This document shows positions 1 through 13,327 of a DNA stretch of 64,000 nt, one piece after another. The translations under genes and the position numbers were made by a program. This stretch comes from Camelus ferus (lineage: Eukaryota): contig NC_045696.1 of NCBI RefSeq assembly GCF_009834535.1, positions 47,246,001-47,310,000 on the forward strand, in the 5' to 3' direction. Each line of letters opens with the position of its first letter. Positions within the stretch are counted from its first letter, which is position 1. Below the pieces are notes generated by a model. That model was not told the DNA's origin. It did not search any database and saw nothing but the letters and a program-made list of their open reading frames with translations.

Positions 1-111
1 AGACCTATCTGAGACCCAGACCTGGAGAGGGATGGTTTTGAAGATGAAGTAAATGAACTCGGTCAACTTTTAATCCTTTGCATTCATAAATAATGGCAGG
101 GATGGAAATGT

Positions 112-232
112 GTACAGCAATGGATTTGAGGCAGGCCACCTGGATTTTAGTCCCGGTTTTGCTAGTAAAAGGTGTAAGGCAATGGCCTCAACTCTTTGGG
201 CTGTAGTTCTCTCATTTGTAAACTGAGGATGT
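112..232 (+). mobile_element. MIR SINE fragment
   Basis: Degenerate MIR core (cctggattttagtccc...agttctctcatttgtaaactgaggat); boundaries approximate. Confidence 0.55.
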
Positions 233-634
233 TTGTCTCTATGACTTCATATTTTTAGATGATTAAATGTCTTTTCCAATATAAGGTAACATGTGTTTAT
301 TGCAAAAAAGACTAAAAAAGTAGAGAGATGTATGAAGAAGATTTTTAAAAAAATAATCGCCCATAATGAAACAACTCAGAATCCATCTGAAGCATTTCTT
401 TCAAGTCTTTTTTTTTCTATAATGTTGATCAAAATTGAATAATACTATATTCAGTTTTGTAGTTATTTTAAACAGATGGTTAACCTATTCTGATATAAAA
501 ATCATTTACATTTGGCTTTGAAATGGTATTTCGTTTCTATCTCTGAAAGCATACTTCCTCCCTGACACCCAGCAATTCTAGTTTTCTTTCCCAGGTATCA
601 TAATAATGCACTGTGTTTGTTTTTCACATTTATT

Positions 635-790
635 GTCTTCTTTGATCCTCATGGAGGAAGGTAAGCAGAGCAAGCATATGGTCTCATCCGAAAGACGAGG
701 AAATTGAGGCTCAGCAAGGTGAAGTGCTTTGCTCTAATTAGACAGCTAGAAAGGATCAAGGACAGGTACTCTGAACCCCAGACTACTCGC
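635..790 (-). mobile_element. MIR SINE fragment
   Basis: gacgaggaaattgaggctcagcaaggtgaagtgctttgc resembles the reverse MIR core; approximate. Confidence 0.6.
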
Positions 791-2183
791 CAAATGCTCG
801 TATCACACTTATTCCATTGCGCCTGAGTTCAAAAAAGCAAACTCTATTATCTACTAGCCCAGAGGGATGAAAAACTCCTGCTGACTCTCTTCTTTGCGCT
901 GCCAGTGCATTTCTGTGAGGAAGGATTGTTGGACCAAAAAAAAAATTAAATAAATAAATAAAAATAAAACTTATGGAGATTGTTATATTTTAAGTAATTA
1001 TTTGCAGTGCTGATTCCACTAAACGTCTCACCCAGTCCTCTTCAGTGTTTTGGCATTTTGACTTTCTCCCTGGCACCACTCTGATCTGATCCTTCATCAT
1101 CCAACTGCCTGTTACAAGCTTCTACATGACCAGTTCTGACCTCAAGGAGAGTTCTGTTACTGTGTTTGATTTGATGGATCATAATTAGCAACTCTAAAAT
1201 CCAATCACAGTAATGAAATCCAATGACTAGAAACTGGGAACTGATCCAGGACTGGTCTATGATGGAAACATAATGTCCTACCTAACAGGCTTGAGTTATA
1301 ATTGGTTACATTATAGTCCATTATTGACTGATTTGGGTACTAGAACAACTCTCAGGCAGGGTTCCTGTTGAGTAATTTTGGAATTGAGATGTATAGGTGG
1401 CTTGGTGCTGGAATACACTGTGTATCTGACTCTAAATCTCCAGTAAGCTGAAATTCAGAAGATGGCCATGTAGCCCAGACACATAAAGAAGGAGAGAAAC
1501 ATGCAACATTTATTGAGAGATTTTAATCTAGTACTCAGCCTTTATCTTATGGGTAAATCGTCATTAAACCTTGTCCTTGCCTGTAACTACCAAGAAATTA
1601 TTCCTCAGGTGAGCAAGTCTCCCAATTATCTTTTGGTTAGTGTTGGGTCGGTGACCCTCCTGACCTAGAGGACAGCCAGAGGGCAAAGTTTCAACATCCA
1701 GAAATCCTGAAGAGGGCCAAGGACAACTTCTGTTTCTCCTGCCTTCCTGAAGTCTTTTCCTTTATTTTTCCTTCCAGTGAATCAACAACCGCCACCCCCG
1801 ACCAAGCCCTGCCGCCTGTCTAAGCCCCCTCTCTCTACTATGGTATTCACCTGATACAAAGAGGTTTCTGAGAAAGGCTTTAACTGGGGTCACACGTGGG
1901 GGTGTCTGTATTGTCATATTGCTTCCCTGAGGAGAGAACCTGTCTCAGGGCCAAGTGAGTAGGGCCTGGGCTGCCTCCCAGCCCTCCTCTTCCTTACAAA
2001 CATCCATCTTTACCCTCGACACTCTGAGCTCCTCAATCCCTCAGAGGTTCGTAGAGGCAGACTGCACCCCAAGCAATTAAGTTAGGCTCTAGAATTGATG
2101 GCTCCTTTCAACCAATCAAGTGTCTCAGTTGCCACCTGGAAGCAGTCAGACACCATGAAGCCGGCAGCTGTCACAAGTCTTAC

Positions 2184-2271
2184 CATCAGAGGCTGTGGCC
2201 TGCAGCAGACCCAGCTCAGCCTCGCTCCTTCGGAGGAAGGCTGCCGCCTCTCCAAGCTCTGACAGGTCCAT
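2184..2271 (-). CDS. MYH15: Myosin heavy chain 15, first coding exon (CDS part); gene continues beyond the left edge
   Basis: ATG at 2271-2269 gives MDLSELGEAAAFLRRSEAELGLLQATASD+G, matching the recalled MYH15 N-terminus MDLSDLGEAAAFLRRSEAELLLLQATALDG; donor G|GTAAG at 2183; synteny with CIP2A. Confidence 0.93.
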
Positions 2272-2332
2272 CCTCCTTAGAGCGATTCACTGAGATAGGC
2301 TGAGGCCCAAAAGTGCGCTGACAGGATTCACC
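2272..2332 (-). other. MYH15: 5' UTR portion of the MYH15 ATG-containing exon
   Basis: Pyrimidine-rich acceptor ttccttcctgtacctattttctgcAG ending at 2333; in-frame TGA six codons upstream of the ATG. Confidence 0.8.
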
Positions 2333-2508
2333 CTGCAGAAAATAGGTACAGGAAGGAAGCAGGGGAAATGAGGCATCAGGCAGTAAAAGGAGAAACTTCA
2401 CCATAGATAGACCGATAAGGGTTAAGTCTTTTAAACTACCTCCACCCCTCCTCTCTCCGCCATGTCTCAAGTACATGACAACATTGTACTCAAAGACATC
2501 CTACTCTA

Positions 2509-2783
2509 CAGGGCCAACTCAGCCATGAGGCACAGAAGGCCCAGTGCCCAGAGTCCATGATGCTTTTAGGGGCTCACAAAAATATGCTAATTTTAATTTC
2601 TTTTAAAAGCAGAAAAAATAGGAATATAATATTAATGACATATAATGATGAAACCAGCCTGGGTTATATTAATTAGTCTTTATACCAACACAGTTGTAAA
2701 ATCCAATTTTTCATATGTTTTGTGAAGGAAGGGCCTACAAGACAAAAGAGCCCATGGCCCATGAAAGTCACAGTACAACCCTA
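2509..2783. mobile_element. Non-autonomous hAT-type DNA transposon relic
   Basis: Ends CAGGGCC... and ...AACCCTA (degenerate TIR) with GC-rich subterminal arms and an AT-rich core; family uncertain. Confidence 0.55.
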
Positions 2784-5700
2784 AAGCACAGAGTTTTAAC
2801 CGTGGCAGGTGTTGGAGTGGGCCAGACCAAGACACGTCAATTGTGGACACTAGGTCCCTCGTAGAAGTGGAAGGCGGGCTTGCAGGTGTCTAGGTGCATC
2901 CAGGTAGATGGAGCATCACTGGCCAGATTATGATGACAAAGGGGAGAAGCTATTCAGACAAATGTCTAACATTAGAGAATCAAGGAATAAAAAGATGAAT
3001 ATTGCAGCAGAGGTGAGTGTCTGGAGCAGATGGCATATACAACTACTGGCAGACAGACATTCAGGAAGCTAGCCTTGGGCAGCAGTGGGGAAGGCCATGC
3101 TGGAGGAGGGACGCAGGTAGGGTGGTGAAAGGAGGAAGTGGGAGTGAGTAAGGAGTCCATCAGCTCAGGCAAGGCTAGTTCTAGTCTTGGAGGGACTGGG
3201 TTGCTGGGCAAATTACCAGGGCTAAATTCATTGAGCATTCACTCTATACCAAACCCTTTACTTGTATCTTTAATCTTCCCATTTTACGTTTGAAATGAGA
3301 AGAAATGAAATCTGGACTATCATGATCCAAAATGAAAGGTCATTCTCTCTAACTGGACAAAGTCTTAGGCTTTTTCCTCTCCACCCAAGATTGCATGGCA
3401 AGTATTGATAGCCCCATTTTACAGATGAGAAAGGAGAGGAGGACTTTCCAAGGCTGCTTAGCTCTGGTGCCTCATGACTGAACAGCACCATGGTCTACCA
3501 CTTCCAGAATGAACTATAATCACTTATTCTATTTCATACTTGAGTGAAATTAACAAATCTAATCATGTATTTTGCTGCACTTAATCTACTCTTTGCTTCG
3601 TGGTGATTTGGGTGCATCCAGTGACAGCATCTCTGGGATCTAAGGAGTGTGGTTTAAAAGCAAAGACTTACTGGTCCGGTGGAGAGTTAGTTCTCTCTCT
3701 GCCAGAAAATAAGCATGTGACTTGTACACAATCACTTAATCTCTCTAGGTTCAGTTTCCCTCCTGACACAATGCAAGGCCTAGTCATCATCTATTACTGG
3801 ACATAATCTGTGTCTAGTAGACATTTCCTGAGGTAGAGAGGAGAGAAGCAAAGTATTCAAGAGAAGCACAGGAGCAAAAAGCCCAGAGATGGGACTGGGG
3901 GGTGACATTTCCCAGAAGAAAAAGACAAAATTGACCTTTCTGCAGGTGAGCATTCAGATTTAGGATTTGTAATAATAATAGCTAAATTATTAAACATTTG
4001 AATAGATAAAATGGAGCAAGATGCAGGAAAGCTCTGGAAGTTCAGCAAAGAAATTTCAGAGTAGATCGTAGGAAACATCATAGACTGTGGGCAAAGACAG
4101 GAGGGAAGCAGTATTTTAGGAAAATGGCTCTGGCAGAACATTCGGGGTGGATTGGAAGCCGTAGTCAGGGAGACGAGTTGTGAGTCTATTCGTGAGAGAC
4201 TTGAACTGTATCCTCCTCCTCTCACTATGCGTGACTTCCTGGTGGCTTGTGTTCAACACACAGTCGAGCTCAGGAAGATATCCTTAAATACGTGAGTGTG
4301 CGTATGTGTGTGTCTGTGTACACGTTTCCTGGAAAGATACCTAAGAAACGGGTATCTGTCTGGGAAGTGGGAACAGGATATGGGTGGGAGAAGGAGACAG
4401 TTACCCCACACTTATTACCGTCCTGGTCTGTTTCAATTTGTGGCACGTGCATGTAGTTTCATAGTTAACAGATTTTTTAAAGTAGTTCTTATTATAACAT
4501 CCAAGGATAAAGGGATCACATCAAGACACAGAGCACACAGCTGTGTAAATCTCTTTCCAAGTCTGGACTACTTAGCATAAGGTATCCAGGGACCAGTATG
4601 TGTAGCAAGCAGCCCTGGATGGGAGGAAACTCACATGTCAGGAATATAACTATTTGAAGGAAGGTAACTGAGGCCAAGAGGATGACCCACCTGAGTACAT
4701 TTTCATTAATGATAAAGTCCAGATTATGTGTCCATTATTCTCAGGGTACTCAGACATTATTCTCAGGAAGTTGGACTCAGAGAGAGTCCTTAGATCCTCA
4801 TGTGTATTGTCAGTTTATTGTACAGCTAAACGATTACTCCTGTTCTGTCCTAGCATTCAGTTTTTCAGGGACTGAGTGAATAAATATACAAACCACCACT
4901 CTTCCATTGATATTGGCATGATGTAATTCCCAGACTGAAATGTGCCTCAGTTACCTAGTTAACAAGGTAAATATAAGAAGTGGGCAGGCCTTACGTGAAA
5001 GGGAGATTTGAGATGTGAGTTTTCCACCTCAGCCTGCAAAGGATCACGTTGGTCAGAACCTAGCGGCCCTCCATAGGGAATAAGTTAATGCCTGCCACGT
5101 GAGAAGTGACACCAGCCTGGGTGACCAGTCATTCCAGGTGGCTGAGGACTGAAGCATTTCCCAGGACTTGGGACTTTCAGTGCTCTAACTAGGAAAGTCC
5201 TGCAGAAGCTGGAACAAGTTGGTTACCCTTCTTTTAAGTCTAGAGCATTTAGTTATTTTCAGAATAAAATCTCTAGTTTGGAAATTGGCTATTTTTACAC
5301 TGGTTGTATTTTCTGTGGTTCTCTCTCTCCCCGGGTATTTTGTAAATAGCTTTTTGAAAATGGCCATTTATTCTCTTATTCAACATACACTTATTGCCCA
5401 TCTATAATTCCCCACACTGGCTTGGGGGCTACAAAGACTGGCGTGATGAACCCACTCTTTGCTCTCTTAGAATCACAGATTAGGGCTGGGTTGGACAGGG
5501 TCAGCAGAGGGAGTTCCTTCCATCATGAATTATGGCTACACTTCAGGCAAATTTGTAGAGAAAAATCTTCACACCCTGGATGGGGAGTGGTGCTGGTCAT
5601 GAAACAGAAGTCAGAATGAAGGAGTCCAGGGGAGAGGATGGTAGAAGCCAGGGGAAGAGGTAAGCTGGTGCAGCCATGATGCCCAGCTCACCACTCACGA

Positions 5701-8494
5701 ACACCTCAGGTGGGGTTATGTTGTCCGTGACAGGAGAGTTCTTTTCCTCACATTGTTCTTTCACAGGCTCCTTCATTCCCTCATCATCCCCTGCTTGCCA
5801 CCTCAGTGGACGGATTCCCATCTTTGACCCTCGTCATTCCCCAACATGGAACCCTGTGAGTCATTTCCAATTTCTCCTTCTCACTCCTGCCCACATTCAG
5901 TTGATCTCCAAGTTCTGTTGCCTCTATAGTTATCAGATGTGTAGCCACTTTGAGCAGACACAGTTTGGAGTGCCCACTGAGCCCATACACCTTTCTGAGA
6001 AGTGCCTGCCATCATCCACAGGCAAGGAACCACAAGCTGTAGTGTCTGTAACGTGATACTGGTGTCCTGGCCCAGCTGATTACACCAAATCTGAGCGCCT
6101 GATCTAATCAGGGACAATCAGGGTGTCTTTTCCTGGAATGCAGATTTGGGACTTAGATGCCACTCTCATTCTTGGTTTTTTGCATGAATGGAGCGATGCA
6201 GACTTGGGGGTTGAGGTTGGCATTGTGGAGTGGTCACATGGTGACACAGGCCTAGTAATCACCACATAGCTTTCCCAATTACAGGCCTCTTGAGACCTAG
6301 ATTCAGTTCCTGCCTTTGGTTTTCATAAAATGTTTCAATAACCTTCCTATAAATTCCTATCCCATCCCCCGACCCCAGCTTTAAGTTATCCCGAGTGACT
6401 TTCTCTTTTTGCTGTCAAAATATCCTTAACAAAGACATTATGTCGCAGTCATTTCCCTGATATGGATTCTTATTTTCTCTCCTAAGATGATGGTGAAGAT
6501 TGTATATAAATAAAAATCAGCACAATGTCTGGTGCATTGTAAAATTTCAGTGTTAACTACTCTTATTACTATTCATAGGCATTTGTTCAGGCTTCGAACA
6601 CTGTGTTAAATATGTAGGAGGGCAGCTTTGCTTTCTAAATTGATCAGTGAATCTGAGAAGTGCAAAACCGTGATAGAGGACAGAACCTTTGGGAAGTAGA
6701 GAGGGGAGAGGGAAATTCACAGTAGCAGCTGTCGTTGGGCAGACGGAGGCGAGACTACAGCATCATTTACTCAGGTGGTGCTCTGTCCTGGGAGGTCACA
6801 CTGACTAGTCCTCTCACTGATGACCACAGTGCGTCCATCGCTAGGCAGTCTCATCTCTTTCAGTCAGAGCTAGACAATGCATTTCTGGAAGGAGGGGAAC
6901 ACAGAGACCGTCTCCTTTGAAATCCTTACCATCTTGGGATTTTAGTGCCTTAACTGTAAACAGAAACTCAATCGGTGCCTATAAAGTAAATTGTTAAAAG
7001 AATCAAGTTATTTTCATGTTAGCAGCCCCCAACAGTTTTCAAGTTGGTTTCATCATAATTGATTAGATTCACTGGAGTTCTTCATCAAGTTAGGTTATTA
7101 TGCGTGTTTACTTTCAAAGGCTTCCACTGCTGGGAAACCATGATGCAAGTAATAAGGAGAAATATTAATATTCCTCTGAGTAAACAAACACTAAGACTCT
7201 CTTGACAAAGCCTCTTCCATTATAAAAATTGGAGACAAAGTGCCTGAAAATGAGAATGGATTTATCCAGATGTCAACAGAGGAAAGGGAGAATTACCAAG
7301 CACTTAAATGATTCCCAATAAGCTGGAACATGTGTCTCAAGGCATTAAGTGAAATACATTTACTTACAAGGCCCAGTGAACACCACAAATCTGGGGAAAT
7401 GCTGCAAGATGCTCTTAATTAGGGCACGACTGGGGAGACAAGTGATGCTGACATCTCCTAATATTCCTGCTGCTGGGATAATCTGTTCCGTGTCTCTACT
7501 CAGCAAGGTTTACTCAGTAGAAACTTGCTAATCACTTAGTCTTTATGCATAAATCCACCACTCCTTAACCAGCTATAATACCTACATTTTATTTGTTTAT
7601 ATGCAGACTAGCGTTTCTATAAAAGCAGGGGCTTTCAGGATCCTGGTTTATCTCCTTGGGAGACAAATGTTAAAATATGGAGTTGAACTGAGTTACCAAC
7701 CAAGTGTGTTGCACAAATTACTGATTATTTGGAGCACTCACTTCAAAGGTGATTATGATGATGACCACACGTCTCCAGGCAATCCAGTACACACTCGCCA
7801 TTCTGCTCCCCCTGGTCTCTCCCCAGCCTGCTACTTCCAACACAGTACAGAAACTGTTCTTTCCAATTATCTCCTTAAGACAAATCCCAATGGTACTTTC
7901 CAGCCACTAATGGTATCCCTGGTTCTGAGATACCTTCCTCTTTCTGTTCTTTGCCCCTGGGTTCACTAACTAATCAAAGGCTCACCCCCCACCAGCATCC
8001 GGGGTATCAGTGACACTTCTCTTCAGTTCCCTCCTTCCACTGGTGCCCCTCTCCCAGCTTCCAGGGGCCCTTCTATCCTGTCTGAGACTGCCTTGACCTA
8101 CTCTTTCTTGTCTCCCAATCTTAGGTCAAAACTCTGATTCTCTGTGCTCAGCTATTTGCTATTTACTCAAAGGAAAAAATCTGATTCCATCCTGTCATGC
8201 ATTCACTTTCAAGTACTCCCTGTGAGGCTCTGTGGGTTAAAAGAGCAATGAGACCTCAAGAAGGTCCCACTTTATTGAGGGATGGGCTATAGAGATGTGT
8301 CAGCTCTTACAATCCCATCTGAGAAATGCTAGCATAGAGCTATGGACAGGGTGCTACAGCTCATGGTGGCATGATCCTCTCACTTACAATTGTATTTTAA
8401 AAATATGTTTGTACTCAAAGGAAGGAATCTCAAATGTCCCTGAAATGGTACCTGTAGAGTCAGTAGCAACCCTATTTCATAAAAGCAAATCATA

Positions 8495-8668
8495 GTTACC
8501 ATTTCTGAGGACTTATTGTACACCAGGCGCTGGGTTACATGCTTTACATATTCTAAATCTTTTAACCTTACAGCAGCTCCAACGGGGACATACATAATAA
8601 CCCACATTTTATAAAGCACAGACTTGGAGAGGTAGGAAGTGGTGTCTCTGGTTTGGAATCCAGACACA
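8495..8668 (-). mobile_element. MIR SINE
   Basis: accatttctgaggacttattgtacaccaggcgctg...cccacattttataaagcacagacttggagaggt; approximate. Confidence 0.6.
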
Positions 8669-8689
8669 TGAAAGTCATCCCTGATTCCT

Positions 8690-9437
8690 ATTTCTCCCTT
8701 CACCTTCATATCCAACCATTTGCCGAGTTCTGCTGCCTCTTCATCTAAATATCCTAACTACTGATTGGAACCATCCACATTTTTCCATTCCCCTGCCAGC
8801 ACCCTGATCAAGACCGTTATCTTCTCTCTTGGCTTATTGCTTTACTCTCTGAATTGGTCCCTTGACAGCAGCCTGTCCAGAGTGAGGCTGCATATACAGA
8901 AACACAGTCATATTACTATCTTTAAAAGCTTCCACATTTTAAACTTAAGATAAAGTTCAAAATGTTAACAGTGTCTACAGAGCTCTCCAGCCTGCCTGAC
9001 ACCTCTCCCTCGTCTCCCTTACTCCTACCCCTGCACCACCCCTACCCCCACGTTGGCATGACCTGGCTGGTGCATTACTAGTAAGTGTCCAGAGCACTCT
9101 CTGACCTCTGGGCATTCATGAGTGATTTGACCTCTGCCTGGAACATTCAGTCCTGCCCCTCCCCCTCTGGCTGGTTCCTTATTACCCTTTGGGTCTCCAT
9201 TAAGCAACATTTCTACATGAAGGTTTTCTCTCGGCTGTGTCTCTCTTAGATGCACTCTTAGATCCCTGTACTATGTGTATCATAGTAATCTTCACTCTAC
9301 ATTATTATTATTATTTCTTTAATTGTCTATCTTCCTAACTAAGCATAAGCAATGTTAGGGCAGGAACTAGGTTTTCAGAGCAGACTTCAGTCATTTGCAC
9401 AAAGTAGGCCCTTAATAAATGCTCAGGGAATGAACCA
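8690..9437 (+). mobile_element. L2 LINE 3' fragment
   Basis: L2-like ctctgcctggaacattc... and terminal cacaaagtaggcccttaataaatgctcagggaatgaa; approximate. Confidence 0.65.
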
Positions 9438-11269
9438 ACAAATTAGACCCACCAGTCTGACTCCTGAAGTCATGCTTCTAAACATGATGCTATATGCTTA
9501 CATCCTCCTGGCTTAGCTCCAGCTTTGGAGAGATCATGTCCTTGGTCAGAAAAGTATCACCCTCCTTCTCTACTTTGGATAAGAAATGAAAATCTAGGTT
9601 TATGGTTTAAAAGGAGTATGATGAGGATAAAAATCAACTGGTTTTTATATCAAGAAAACTGAACTTGCAGGGAAAGATTTAAATAAGTAGTTTGTTTATT
9701 TTTAAGAAAAGTATTTGTTAAGAAATCTGCATTGTATTATTCTAAGATTTTTGAATCTATGGAATTTTAGAACTGAAAGTTATCAGCTATCTCAGTGCTT
9801 CATAATTTATAGGTGAGCATACAAGGGACCAGCAAAATAAATGATTGCCGAAGTTCACCAGCCAATGACAGAAGAGACAGGCTGAAAGTATGGACAGTTC
9901 TGAGCAGAGTTTAAGAAAAAATATTCATGATAGCGCTATGAAAAGGAACTGAAGAAAACTAAGTTTGGTTATATCTTTGTGCTTCCGAGTTGAAGGCAAA
10001 TATATTCTCCCATAAAACACTAGTTAACACCACACTCAGAGAGTAAATATCAGGTAGAATGGAACATTGTCAAGATCTAGTAAAATATTCCTTAGGATCA
10101 GTGACCCTTGATCTACATAATAGCTTAAAACCTAGTTTAGAATTGCTGATGCTATTATTCAGCCCAAATGATATGCATAAAATATATTTAGTGATCCTAA
10201 AAGGTGATGTAAAGTATAAATCAAAGGTATTATTTGCATTATCCTCATTGTTTTTGCATTTTTCTAAATGGTATGACTCTAACCCAGGATAATTATGTGA
10301 GTTTCAACTAAGTACAATTATAATCAACATCTTCACATGACAGATATTCAAAGATATACTTGTATAAAATAAAACTGGAGTATTATGTATTCTAGTTCAA
10401 TTAAATTCAATAAATACTTTTAGAACAACGAATAAGTGCCTAAAATTGATAAAATATTTGGGGTACCAGAATAATTAATACATGGCCTCTGCTCTCAAGA
10501 TTTAAGTCTAGTAGGAGATAAGACTTGTCAACAAATCATTTCCAGCGTAAATGCAATAATGGACATGCATTGTCTAAGAGATTATAATGAAAATAAAATA
10601 AATTGTTGCTAAAATTCTTACCTCAGAACGATTCCATTCTATAAATATATTGGTTTACTTTCCTTAAAATATTTCATTTTATATAATGAATAACCCTCAA
10701 GGTAAAAAATATCAGTAAAAATAGCAGATTGTCTTTCATACCTGTCATTCAATACATTGGTGGAAAAGGGAGAGATAAAAACTTACCTTGGAAAGAGCAA
10801 AAGAGCAAAAGAAATGAGCAGACCAGTCCTCAATCAAGACTTTATACTCTTTTGTCAAGGTCAACGGTGACAACTTCAGACAATTTTGCCATTGTTTCTA
10901 AATTTGTCTGCTGGTTTTTGAGAAGTTGAACCCATGGATCTGGATTTGGCACCCAAAATGTCTCTGAGGCAAGGGTGTAAGATGCCAGAAAACTATTCCA
11001 TTTCTACAACCAAAATCCACAGACTAATTTAACTCATTCTTTAAATGCTTGCTGCATAATAGGATTAGACAATATTAATAAGAGAAACAGCAACCCCCTC
11101 CTTCCCTGGTGGCACCAATTTTGGAGTTTGGGGCTCTAATGCTATCTCTCCCAGTGATTTTGAACAATCAAGTTAAGGAGCTCAACATTTTCCACATTGC
11201 CAAGGTAACAGTTAACAATGGTTGTCTACTATTTATTTAGGCCATTCTAAGAATATCAAGAATACGTAT

Positions 11270-11480
11270 TAATGATTTACTATGTTCCAAGCACTGTTCT
11301 AAGCACTTTGCATATATGAATTCATATATGCCTCATAACAACAGTATATGGAAGTATTTTTATTATTCCCACTTTACAAATGAGGAAATAGAGGCAGAGG
11401 TGATAAGCTAGTAATTTTTGGAGATGAGATTGGAGCCTAGAATTTTAGGCTTCAGAATCTATTCTTGTAACCATTATGAT
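11270..11480 (-). mobile_element. MIR SINE
   Basis: tactatgttccaagcactgttctaagcactttgcat...tattcccactttacaaatgaggaaatagaggcagag. Confidence 0.7.
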
Positions 11481-13300
11481 ACACAATTATTAGCTTATAA
11501 TTCTGATCATGTTCTTTAATATCTTCCCTCCAAAAGTGTAATTCTAGAAAGTATCCTTTCTATCCAAGGAAATACATTGCTATTTGCTTCTTCCAACTGC
11601 CAGGAAATTTTCTTTCACTGCAGTCTCTAGGTGAAGCAAACAGCTAACTGACTGCTATAAAGGGGGAAGCAGCTAGACAAAGTCCTCGGCTTTGAATCAC
11701 TTTTCCAGGACTTGAAAGCCTTTTGCAGAACCTGAAAATGTCTCCCTGGGGCAAAAGACTTTCTGAACTATGCTTAAAATAACTTGGGAAGTGATGTTAA
11801 AATGTGGAACTCTTCTGGGTTATGGGAAACAGTTCCTGCAATTAGTTCCCAGCACTGATGGGGCAGTTCTGTGTAACTCTTGCCCCAAACCAATTAATTC
11901 ACCATTTTCCACTGAAGAAAAAGAGAAGAGGGACACCTATGCTGAAGCCTATTACAGCAGTATTGTGGGCAGAAATGGGCTAGTAATAAATACTGAAGCA
12001 AGTGCTGCATAATTATAACTAATCAGTTATGCTAAAGTGAGCCAATATGGCACCCTAATTGAGATGATCCTTGTTGCCTTTTACAGGAATGCAATTTAAT
12101 TAGAATGAGTAAACTGACAGTCAGCAATAACCTCACAGAATCCCAGGCAATTTGAAATAAGCAAGAGAAATATCACCCTGGCTGGCTTTCAGTCTGTAGG
12201 AAATGGACACTGAAGCTGTCCACTTGGCCTTTGAGAGACTGGAAGCCGTTTTTCATGTGTGTTTAGGGCTTGAGAAAAAGGGTGTGTTGTTGTGTTTGGA
12301 CATTTAAAAAAGAATCAATGCAGATAAAGCAGACAAAACAGTTTAACTTGAATGTCAAGGAGCTCCAAGGATTCAAAATGTCCAAATGCAGACGAAACTA
12401 ACAAGATTGGATTTTCAGAGGGGTTTAATCTGGAATAAGTAAGAGGCAGCTGTTAAAAGCAATGAACCTGTTTCCATTGGGAATAGTCCAGGAGGAGAGG
12501 CATGTTCCTGTACTCTGAGGCAGGCGGTGGGGAGCAAGAGGAGGTGTATGTTTTGGGGGAGGGGAAATGTTTTGGTTCCATCTATTTAAAAAAAATCCCA
12601 AGAAATGGCAGGATCAGGGAGCTGCTGATGTGACTTAGCTGTCATTTGTTAGTTGACTGATCTACCAGGTAAATATGTGGGACAGCACTGGAGATTCAAA
12701 TGCCGCCTGTGACATCATCATGTTAACCCCAGGAGCATGAGGCAGGGTTACTCATTCTCTGGCTTGAATAGAGAATGGGGATCAAGACAAGGGCCTTCAT
12801 GTAAAATAAGTCTTGTCTTAAGAAAAAGAAAAAAAAAAAAAAAAACCAAAACAGATGAATGCTAAATTTTGTCAACAGCTGCTATATTCAAATGGTCAAA
12901 TTCCACGCATAATTGACTATACAATAAAATTAAAGTAACTCTATATTCCAACAGAGAAACCCACTTGAAGATCTGTTGTCTATTGATGACCATAAGTTGT
13001 TCTACTTAAAATGTAATTGAGTTGATCAGGCACTCAAATATACAGACCCAAAAGGCAAATCTTACCCTAATAATTGCTGAAGACAAAATGTTTTGCAACA
13101 TTGACTACACAGATGTTACTAAACCATTTGAGAGCCAAATAATTCACATGATGTTGCTTTGAATCACAATTTGTAACAAGTTATTCTTTCTGTTTTTAAC
13201 CCAGATAGAAGAGCCAACATCATAAAAGATATTAGAGCATATTGGCAAATGGAGCAAGGGAGAGAGGGAGTAAGGAGTTTGCTGCAGATTTGAAAGATGA

Positions 13301-13327
13301 AACAAACAAACAAACAAACAAAAAAAC
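13301..13327 (+). repeat. (AAAC)n short microsatellite
   Basis: aacaaacaaacaaacaaacaaaaaaa read directly. Confidence 0.8.

Noticed and set aside
1165..1230. TGATGGAT PBX-HOX-like site and duplicated aaatccaat in the MYH15 intron
   Set aside because: Short motifs expected by chance; no conservation data available
2216..2476. 86-aa ORF overlapping the MYH15 exon
   Set aside because: Starts in the intron and reads the exon in a different frame from the myosin sequence
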